Shown here: piece after piece, positions 7,664 through 14,364 of the stretch
Position numbering within the stretch: the stretch's first letter is position 1
Layout: each line of letters begins with the position of its first letter
Source of the DNA: Myxococcota bacterium
GTDB taxonomy: Bacteria; Myxococcota; UBA4151
Length of the DNA stretch: 15,449 bases
Assembly (NCBI GenBank): GCA_040260805.1
Contig: JBDQPD010000083.1
Span: forward strand, 1 to 15,449
Direction: 5' to 3'
Notes under the pieces: generated by a model
Database searches by the model: none
Told to the model about the DNA's origin: nothing
What the model saw: the letters and a program-made list of their open reading frames with translations, nothing else
Made by a program: the position numbers and the translations under genes

Positions 7664-8969
7664 GGTTCGATCGAATCCGGCGATACCAATCGGGAAAGCC
7701 CAGACGGTCGCTCATCGCCAGCAAAAGGCGGTCACGCAGCGTAAAGAGGTTAACGGTGTCGGCGCGATTGTAGGCGATCAAATCGGCAAAGGCCCAATAG
7801 GCTTGATCCCCTCCGCTGCTGACTCGATCCCAGAGCGTGATCGCGTCGCGCCCCCTCAAGTCGGCAATACGGGCGTCTCTACGAATCCCAAAGGAGCGCT
7901 CAACGGCTTTGAGCCCGCCACGATACTTGCCCTGTCGAGAGACATCCAACAGGTCGCCGTAACGCTCAGGGATCGGCTGCGCATCATAGACCTTGCGCAA
8001 CATGGCGACGTCGAACTTGCGACCACCAAAAACTAAGATGAGGCCGTCACGAGCGAGCTCACTCGGAGCCTTGTCAAAGGATGCAAAGCGGACGGAGAGT
8101 CCGTCCAAGAGACCGCTCGAAGGCCCGGTCTGTGTCCAGCGACCCGGCAGCTGCTCAGCGGCACCAGCGAGCCACCAGCGGACGACCTCTTCATCCACGT
8201 AGGCGGTGAACGTCTCTGCGTCTTGCGCGACGCCCATGACGGTAGGAGCGCCGGTCCGGTCGCACTCGAAATCAAGGGCGGTAGACTGGGGCGCCCAGCG
8301 CTCAAGCAGGCGCCACCGGTGACGGGCAGGCGTAGCGTTCCAGCGCTCGACCTCGCTCATCTCAGCGTCGAGGGCGAGCGCTTGGCGAACACGAACGACC
8401 TGATCTCGCGCAATCACCGAATCCCGGCTCGACTCGTGGCTGAAGGCCTCAAGAAAATGTGCGTGATCGATAAGCCCAGTCGTCCACAGCGCCGTCTCGA
8501 CCCGAGCGCTGATCCCGCGCACGAAGGCGAAGGTCTGATCCCATACGTCGCCTACAGGCTGACTCATTTCCCCCATCAAACGCTGCCTGAGCGCGTCGTC
8601 CATAGGAGGCATAGGTAGGCCCTTGAGCTGCTCGACATCAAACCAGCCGATGGCTTGGTGCTCGAGCGCTTGGGGCTCTTGGTCACAATGCACCTGAAAG
8701 ATGCGCATGGATAAACGCACATCTGGGCGCCGCTCGGCGGTGACCGCCCACTCGGGCCCGACCGTGACCTCGACACCCAGCTCTTCTTGAGCCTCACGCG
8801 CAAGCGCCGCTTTTGCGGTTTCGCCGAGCTCTTGTTTGCCGCCCGGGAACTCCCACAAGCCGCCGTGATGATCACCCTCGGCTCGTTGCGCGAGCAACAC
8901 TTTCCCGTCGCGGCGCCAGAGCGCGCCCACCACACGCAGGACCGGCAAGGCTTTGCCCGCTGTCGCCAT
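7650..8969 (-). CDS. Fusion of a MutT-like NUDIX hydrolase (aa 1-133) and a YprB/RNase_H_2-like DEDDy 3'-5' exonuclease (aa ~140-420)
   Basis: Complete Nudix box WEFPGGKQELGETAKAALAREAQEELGV. The C-terminal part has an HhH-like TFAFVRGISARVETALWTTG, ExoI LDFE (D233, E235), ExoII FGGRKFD (D320), the GGLKAVERSFGI motif and ExoIII YNRAD (Y400, D404). Confidence 0.8.
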   Translation of the reverse strand: MATAGKALPVLRVVGALWRRDGKVLLAQRAEGDHHGGLWEFPGGKQELGETAKAALAREAQEELGVEVTVGPEWAVTAERRPDVRLSMRIFQVHCDQEPQALEHQAIGWFDVEQLKGLPMPPMDDALRQRLMGEMSQPVGDVWDQTFAFVRGISARVETALWTTGLIDHAHFLEAFSHESSRDSVIARDQVVRVRQALALDAEMSEVERWNATPARHRWRLLERWAPQSTALDFECDRTGAPTVMGVAQDAETFTAYVDEEVVRWWLAGAAEQLPGRWTQTGPSSGLLDGLSVRFASFDKAPSELARDGLILVFGGRKFDVAMLRKVYDAQPIPERYGDLLDVSRQGKYRGGLKAVERSFGIRRDARIADLRGRDAITLWDRVSSGGDQAYWAFADLIAYNRADTVNLFTLRDRLLLAMSDRLGFPDWYRRIRSNPSPR

Positions 8970-9373
8970 TAGGCTGGCGCGTCTTCGGGTAAGCCGGTTA
9001 GATCGTCGACTAAGCTGGCGCTACCCGGACGCTCAGGGCGCTCAAGGAAGCGCAAGGTGGCGAGCAAGCGAGCCGGATCAAGGGGGCGCTTCAAGAACGC
9101 TTTGGCGCCCATCTCAAGGGCGCGCGCAGCGTCTTCGCCGTCGGCGCCGAGCACCACCGCAGTCGGTACCTCGTGCGCAACCGTCTCAAGTAAAGTCCAG
9201 CCCATCAGATCGGGAAGGTTCAAATCAATGACCGCCGAGCGATGCAAGGAACCCGGCTTGAGGTCGCCAGGACGATAGGCTTCGACTGTTTTGTATCCGT
9301 GATCATGCAGGACCTGACGCAACCAGGCGGTCAGCCAGGGGCCGCTGCCCATGATGAGCACCGGATCGATCAT
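8969..9373 (-). CDS. Atypical single-domain response-regulator receiver (pseudo-receiver)
   Basis: CheY-like pattern VLI...LRQVLHDHGY...IDLNLPDLMGWTLL...ARALEMGAKAFLKRP. The acidic pair and the conserved Thr and Lys are substituted. Start and stop overlap both neighbours. Confidence 0.75.
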   Translation of the reverse strand: MIDPVLIMGSGPWLTAWLRQVLHDHGYKTVEAYRPGDLKPGSLHRSAVIDLNLPDLMGWTLLETVAHEVPTAVVLGADGEDAARALEMGAKAFLKRPLDPARLLATLRFLERPERPGSASLVDDLTGLPEDAPA

Positions 9374-10518
9374 TGAACGGCGTCCGCCATACCCTTAGCG
9401 ACCAAGTAGACGACGCCACCGTTGCTGTAGATCACTGCGAGCTGACTTGCGACCGCAGGCGCAGTGCTAAAGCCAGAGCCCGTATCGAGGAGCTGCAAGA
9501 CGGTACCGTCTTTGGCGCGCAGCAAGGACATCGGCCCATCATCTCGCCCGAACCACAAGCGCCCGTTACGTACCACAGGTTGACTAGGGATTCCGCCATC
9601 AAAGCGGTACTTCCAGAGTGTTTTTCCGTTGGTGCGTCGAAGCGCTGCGACCCGACCTCGTGCGCCGATGTAGACGCGGTCGGCGTCAGCGGCGATGCGA
9701 TGAACACCGCGCAGCTTCGGACGCTTCCAAACCAAGCGCCCGTCAGCCAAGCGCAGCGCAAAGACGCCGGTGTTGTACGCAGCCGAGTACACTACACCGT
9801 CAAGGACCACAGGGCCCGCATCGACGTCAGCAAAGTCTTCGCCCGATTTACCGAGTTTGCGCTCCCAGATCACTTCACATTCGCCATCAGTCGGGTCATC
9901 GTTGTAGGCGGTTAGGTGGCCCGCCGAGCTGCCCACGAGGACCACGCGCTCGGCGTTGCTGCGAGCGGACTTGGGTAAAAGAACCGGGGTCGGCGTCGTG
10001 TGCCCAAAGATGGTCACACTGTTCGGCCGGCCGCCCTCTTCATAACGATCACATGACCAAATCTCTGAGCCGTCTCGCAGGTCGATGACCATCAACTGAT
10101 CTAAGCCCGTCTGCAGATAGATCCGCCCACGCTCTACGACCGGCGAGGACACAGGCTCCGTACCGATGGGTAAGGACCAAACGGGGCTGCCGTCTTTGAC
10201 CTGCAGAGCGTGTAAATAACCATCGTCGGCGGTCACCAAGACCGCAGGCCCCCAGACCACCGGCTGACCGCTGACACGGCCTGACATCTTACGCTGCCAG
10301 CGCACCGCACCGGTCCCTAGCTCAAGCGCCGAGAGCATCCCCTCATCCGTACCGACCAAGACGATGCGCATCGAGGGCACAATCGTCGGCGCGCTGCGTT
10401 GCTCTGTACTCGTTGCGGCTTCCTGCAGTCGCGCAGACCACTGGATCCCCCAATACTGAGCACCGACCGGCGCTGGCGAAGCCTGCGCCGCTGTACCCAG
10501 GAGCAAGGTCAGAAGCAT
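9370..10518 (-). CDS. BamB-like PQQ-type beta-propeller repeat protein
   Basis: Repeated Trp-docking motifs (ALELGTGAVRW, ALQVKDGSPVW, IDLRDGSEIW, ALRLADGRLVW, ALRRTNGKTLW) and BamB-like FADVDAGPVV. N-terminal signal peptide. It directly follows a YfgM-like gene, as in yfgM-bamB. Confidence 0.8.
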   Translation of the reverse strand: MLLTLLLGTAAQASPAPVGAQYWGIQWSARLQEAATSTEQRSAPTIVPSMRIVLVGTDEGMLSALELGTGAVRWQRKMSGRVSGQPVVWGPAVLVTADDGYLHALQVKDGSPVWSLPIGTEPVSSPVVERGRIYLQTGLDQLMVIDLRDGSEIWSCDRYEEGGRPNSVTIFGHTTPTPVLLPKSARSNAERVVLVGSSAGHLTAYNDDPTDGECEVIWERKLGKSGEDFADVDAGPVVLDGVVYSAAYNTGVFALRLADGRLVWKRPKLRGVHRIAADADRVYIGARGRVAALRRTNGKTLWKYRFDGGIPSQPVVRNGRLWFGRDDGPMSLLRAKDGTVLQLLDTGSGFSTAPAVASQLAVIYSNGGVVYLVAKGMADAVQ

Positions 10519-11414
10519 CAGCCGGCCTTCTTCCCGAGGAGGCTAAGTCCCTCTTCGGCGCGGAAGCGCTCGTTGCTCTTCTTCAACTCATCGTCACTGG
10601 TGACCATCTCAAGCAGCGCAACCGCTTTGTCCTGCATATTGCCTCGACGATACATCGACGCTGCCTCGACAAAGAGATCGACGCTGTGGTCGCGGGTCAC
10701 CTTCAAGCGAGCGTCGAGTTCGGCCGAAGGCTTGACCTCAGCGGTCGCAGCAAGGCGCTTCGTCTCTTCGTGATACTCTGCGGCGATAGCGGCGAGCTTA
10801 GCGGCTCCATCGCCAGCCTTACCCTGCGCTTCCATGGCGTGCGCTTGCATCTCCAGCGCTCGGCGACGAAAGACCGTGTCTTTCTTCTCGCCCGCAAGGA
10901 AGGTCTCGAGCTGCTTGGCAGCTTCGTCGCCGTCGCCTTTTTGCAAGGCCGTCGCAGCAAGCCCTAGCGTTGCAAAATGAGCGGCTCCGCTCGATGCGCC
11001 TTTTTTGATGACCGCCGAGAACGCCGTCGACATGGCCTCAAGGCGCTCTTCACCGGACTCAAACTTGGGCGCCTGAAGCGGATTCTCAACATCGCTAGAC
11101 TCATCCTCGGAGGCGCCTTCTTTCACCACGCGGCCCTGAGCAGCCATCGTGCCCTCACGGAACATATCCGTGAGTTCGCCGTCACCAGCGACCTGACGCG
11201 ACTCTTGCGTAGCGTAAAATCCGCCGCCTAGGACCACGATCCCGATCGCTGCCAGGATCAGGTTCTTGTTCCGCTTGAGGTTATCTTCAACCTCGAGCGC
11301 CAGAGCCTGCTCGCGAGCGAGCGCGTCTCGACTCGCCTGCTCTTCGGAGGCGGTCTTGTCACGCTGTTGGTTTTTGAAGCTGCTCGTCTGTCGTTTCAAT
11401 TTGCCCATGGACAT
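10518..11414 (-). CDS. YfgM-like membrane-anchored TPR protein
   Basis: Single N-terminal TM (NKNLILAAIGIVVLGGGFY) followed by Ala-rich TPR-like helices (ATLGLAATALQKGDGDEAAKQLETFL). SD AGAGGAG at 11423-11429 lies 8 nt from ATG 11414. Synteny with the BamB-like gene. Confidence 0.7.
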   Translation of the reverse strand: MSMGKLKRQTSSFKNQQRDKTASEEQASRDALAREQALALEVEDNLKRNKNLILAAIGIVVLGGGFYATQESRQVAGDGELTDMFREGTMAAQGRVVKEGASEDESSDVENPLQAPKFESGEERLEAMSTAFSAVIKKGASSGAAHFATLGLAATALQKGDGDEAAKQLETFLAGEKKDTVFRRRALEMQAHAMEAQGKAGDGAAKLAAIAAEYHEETKRLAATAEVKPSAELDARLKVTRDHSVDLFVEAASMYRRGNMQDKAVALLEMVTSDDELKKSNERFRAEEGLSLLGKKAG

Positions 11415-11487
11415 GGGTGTGTCTCCTCTTACACCCTGTCCCTACCCTAAAGGGTAGTGTCGGGCGATCGAGCCCGGTGATTATGGA

Positions 11488-12132
11488 GTGCCCCTCGCCT
11501 TGTCAATGACAGCTTATCTCTCATTAGCTGAACCGATCAGCTCGCCGGCCATTTTACATGAGGGAGATGGCTTCGCGCTTCTGTTCAAACCCCCGGGAAT
11601 GGCAGTCCAGCCTGACCCACGTGGTGATGAGGATCTGTTGACCTGGTATCAGGCCGATGCGGCGGTCGTCGGCCGTCTCGATCGTCCGGTCTCTGGCTTG
11701 GTCCTCGTCGCAACCTCAGCGGATGGGCGACGTCGCTTGCAAACCGCCCAATCACACCAAGAAATCGGCAAGTTCTATCGCGCTAGACTGTCTGCAAATG
11801 CGCCCAGCTTACCGCCAGTTCTCGAGCATGGATGGCGCTTCGAGCGCGGCCGCGCTCAGGCGGTCAAAACGGGCGCTAAACGATCGAAACTAATGCGAAC
11901 TCATACCATCACGCAGGGCGCCGATTGGGCTGAGCTGCAGTTGATCACCGGTCGACGGCATCAGCTGCGCGTTCAGCTCGCCGCACTGGGTTGTCCGATC
12001 GTCGGTGATCGACGCTACGGTGGAGAAAGCGCGGAGCGAGTCCATCTCTCGTGTGTCGGCATTGAACTCCCGAACGGCGCGCTCTTTCGACTCGACCGCC
12101 AAGCTCTTGAGGCGCTTACTCTGGCAGACTGA
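11488..12132 (+). CDS. RluA-family pseudouridine synthase (no S4 domain)
   Basis: Motifs FKPPGMAVQ, GRLDRPVSGLVLVA (catalytic Asp), KFYRA and ITGRRHQLRVQLAALGCPIVGDRRYG. The start may be ATG 11506. Confidence 0.9.
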   Translation: MPLALSMTAYLSLAEPISSPAILHEGDGFALLFKPPGMAVQPDPRGDEDLLTWYQADAAVVGRLDRPVSGLVLVATSADGRRRLQTAQSHQEIGKFYRARLSANAPSLPPVLEHGWRFERGRAQAVKTGAKRSKLMRTHTITQGADWAELQLITGRRHQLRVQLAALGCPIVGDRRYGGESAERVHLSCVGIELPNGALFRLDRQALEALTLAD

Positions 12133-12898
12133 AGAGTCGCTGCGCGTTGAGAGCGGTCTGATGACGCAGATCCTCCGCAGGGACTGATTTGAGCTCGGCG
12201 AGCAGCTCTGCGGTGTGCACGACAAAGGATGGCTCATTCTTCTTACCGCGCTTGGGAACAGGCGCTAGATAGGGACAGTCGGTCTCGACCAACATGCGCT
12301 CGAGCGGAACCGCGAGGGCGACCTCACGCAAATCGGCGGCGCTCTTGAACGTCACGATCCCCGAAAAGCTCACCATCAAGCCCCGCTCTAAGCCGCCCAT
12401 GGCGTTTGCCATGGTCCCAGTAAAACAATGCAAAACCCCGCCAGCTGGCGGTAACCCGACCTCATCGATGATCGGGTAGAAGTCCTCGTAGGCGTCGCGC
12501 ACATGAAAGACGACGGGTTTATTGAGCTCGCCCGCTAGCTCTAGAAACTGCTCTAGAGCCTTTCGTTGCGCCGCTCGCGGCGCGTGGTCGTAATAATAAT
12601 CAAGCCCTGTTTCACCAATTCCGACCACTTTGTCGTGAACCGCCAAACGACGCACCAAGTTCAAGACCTCAGTGGCGTCAAAGCCCTCGCCCACGTCATG
12701 AGGATGCACACCGAGCGTACAAAAGACCTCTGGGTACTCATCGATAAGCTGCATCGCTTCATGACAAGCCGACACATCACCGCCTGCACCGATGTGAATT
12801 AAGTGGGTCAGGCCTGCGGCGCGCGCACGCTCAACCAGAGCGTCTACTTCATCGCCGAAGTTACTCGGCCCAATATGACAATGACTGTCGATAAACAT
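12116..12898 (-). CDS. tatD: TatD-family metal-dependent DNase
   Basis: Motifs MFIDSHCH, GVHPH, IGETGLDYYY, FHVRDA, GVLHCFTG and VETDCPYLAP...KNEP. GGAGAG upstream of ATG 12898. The ORF-track extension to 13048 overlaps the ftsA-like gene and is spurious. Confidence 0.93.
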   Translation of the reverse strand: MFIDSHCHIGPSNFGDEVDALVERARAAGLTHLIHIGAGGDVSACHEAMQLIDEYPEVFCTLGVHPHDVGEGFDATEVLNLVRRLAVHDKVVGIGETGLDYYYDHAPRAAQRKALEQFLELAGELNKPVVFHVRDAYEDFYPIIDEVGLPPAGGVLHCFTGTMANAMGGLERGLMVSFSGIVTFKSAADLREVALAVPLERMLVETDCPYLAPVPKRGKKNEPSFVVHTAELLAELKSVPAEDLRHQTALNAQRLFSLPE

Positions 12899-12924
12899 GG
12901 CAGGCTCTCCGAGCACTCTTTGGC

Positions 12925-14172
12925 TTAAGCCAACAGATCGAGCCAGCGCGGTTGTGCATTGCGTCGCGCCCGGGCGCGTCGCTGCGGAGCTTCCCAGCTC
13001 GGCAACTGGTCTAAAGACCAGAGCGAAGCAGCCCCCACCAAGCCACAATCGCCAGGCTGATCAAGCAGCTCGTGCAAGCCGAGCACCTTGTTCGGCGTCG
13101 CGACTCGAACCGGGACCGAGAGGATGCGCTCAGCCAGCTCACTGAGGTCTTTGAGACGAGCACCGTTACCAGCGAGCACCAGCCCGGCGCTGAGCTGGCT
13201 CGCCAGTCCCGTCTCCGAGACGAGGTTCGCTAACCGCTGTAAGAGACCACAGACCGCTGGCTCCATCGCCTCGGCGAACAACTTAGGACACAGCTGGCGC
13301 GGCTCTCGCAGACCGATGGTCTCAACTCGAACCAGCTGACCGGCTTCCACTAAATCCCTGCACGCCTGCCCGTAGCTCTGTTTGACCTGCTCAGCGTTTC
13401 GTTGAGGCACCAATAAGCCCTGCGAGAGCGCTTTGGTGAGCTCATTCGAGCCACCGCGCTCAGTCCTTGCAGCGATCAAAGCGCCTTTCGCGTACGTCGC
13501 TGCCGTGGTGGTCTGTCCGCCGAGCTCAAGCAGCGCAACGCCGGCCGTCTTTTCTTCGTGCGATAGGGCGCCAGCGGTTGTGGCGAGCACATTCGAGCAC
13601 ACGGCTTCGACCTGGACTTTGGCGCTGCGCACCGCTCGAACCAAGTTATCGAGTGTCGCTTCGCACAAACTCAAGTGCTGCACGTCGACCTCGAGCCGCT
13701 GTCCTTTGAGCGCATGAGGGCGCTCTCGATACGATCGCCCATCGAGGCGGTAGTTTCGAACGGCTTCGTGAACCAAGCGCTGACGGCGACGGGTGAACCG
13801 CTCGCGCGCCGTGTCCTCTGCTCGCCGACAATCGCGCGGCTGAACTAATGCACCTGAGACACTTGCGAGCCCCGAGGCTGCGTCTACAGCCAAAGAGGGA
13901 TGAGTGACCACCATCACGACACGGCTGACGCGCGTGTCCGACATCAGCTCCAACTGACCGAGAAGCTCTTGGATCTCATGGGACAAAGCGGGAAGATCAA
14001 TGACCGCGCCAGCGCCGATTCCCCGTGAGGACCGACGAGCCACGCCGCGTACCTCGGGCGGCTGCCCGTTTAGACCGCAATCAAAAATGGCGGCACGCAG
14101 ACAGTGGCTACCCAAATCGAGTACGCACACTTGATCTCGATGACGACCATTTCTTCGCGCAGGGGACAACAC
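12925..14172 (-). CDS. ftsA: Divergent FtsA-family actin-like protein (orphan paralogue)
   Basis: Collinear with FtsA over its full length: LDLGS, SRGIGAGAVIDL, ELMSD, 1C subdomain (NYRLDG...P..LKGQRLEVDV), ALSHEEKTAGVALLELGGQTT, AEQVKQSYG, AGLVLAGNGARL and PVRVATP..GL. SD GGAGAG at 14181-14186 lies 8 nt from GTG 14172 (ORF track start 14226). Confidence 0.85.
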   Translation of the reverse strand: MLSPARRNGRHRDQVCVLDLGSHCLRAAIFDCGLNGQPPEVRGVARRSSRGIGAGAVIDLPALSHEIQELLGQLELMSDTRVSRVVMVVTHPSLAVDAASGLASVSGALVQPRDCRRAEDTARERFTRRRQRLVHEAVRNYRLDGRSYRERPHALKGQRLEVDVQHLSLCEATLDNLVRAVRSAKVQVEAVCSNVLATTAGALSHEEKTAGVALLELGGQTTTAATYAKGALIAARTERGGSNELTKALSQGLLVPQRNAEQVKQSYGQACRDLVEAGQLVRVETIGLREPRQLCPKLFAEAMEPAVCGLLQRLANLVSETGLASQLSAGLVLAGNGARLKDLSELAERILSVPVRVATPNKVLGLHELLDQPGDCGLVGAASLWSLDQLPSWEAPQRRARARRNAQPRWLDLLA

Positions 14173-14258
14173 GCTCAGTTCTCTCCGAATCGACGCACAG
14201 GCTAGGCCTTGATGGCCGGTTGGCAAGTGCCTACTGCAGCCCCCCTCTGGTTAAAGTT

Positions 14259-14286
14259 ATTTTATTACTGATTAAACAGGTGACTA
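14259..14286 (-). promoter_or_regulatory. Candidate sigma70-type promoter for the ftsA-like/tatD unit
   Basis: Minus strand TAGTCA (14286-14281), 16-nt spacer, TAAAAT (14264-14259), within a strikingly AT-rich intergenic patch. Confidence 0.4.
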
Positions 14287-14341
14287 GAGAACACAACCTC
14301 GACCACTCGGCGCTATTCGACTTCTAGTAGAAGTAGAGCAC

Positions 14342-14358
14342 GTGAACATTTGTACAGC
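14342..14358. promoter_or_regulatory. Candidate LexA (SOS) box, Myxococcus/GAAC-N4-GTTC type
   Basis: GTGAACATTTGTACAGC matches 15/17 positions of the M. xanthus LexA consensus as I recall it (CTRHAMRYBYGTTCAGS) and 10/12 of the ideal palindrome CTGAAC-N4-GTTCAG. It is intergenic, upstream of the ftsA-like gene. Confidence 0.5.
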
Positions 14359-14364
14359 GCCTCT

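Noticed and set aside
9373..10967. Long antisense ORFs (9373-9915, 9618-10088, 10413-10967) and similar shadow ORFs throughout the window
   Set aside because: They lie opposite well-supported genes, carry no recognisable motifs and are expected in GC-rich DNA.
12899..13048. 50-aa N-terminal extension of TatD in the ORF track
   Set aside because: It overlaps the 3' end of the ftsA-like gene; the family N-terminus (MFIDSHCH) and an SD point to ATG 12898.
12925..14172. Alternative call as PilM, MreB or EutJ
   Set aside because: The FtsA-specific 1C insertion and motifs (SRGI..G.V.DL, ELM.D, L..EEK..GV) fit FtsA, and no pilNOPQ or mreCD genes are adjacent.
14320..14334. Rho-independent terminator after proA
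   Set aside because: The palindrome has a 1-nt spacer, an AT-rich stem and no U-tract; it was kept only as a possible operator.
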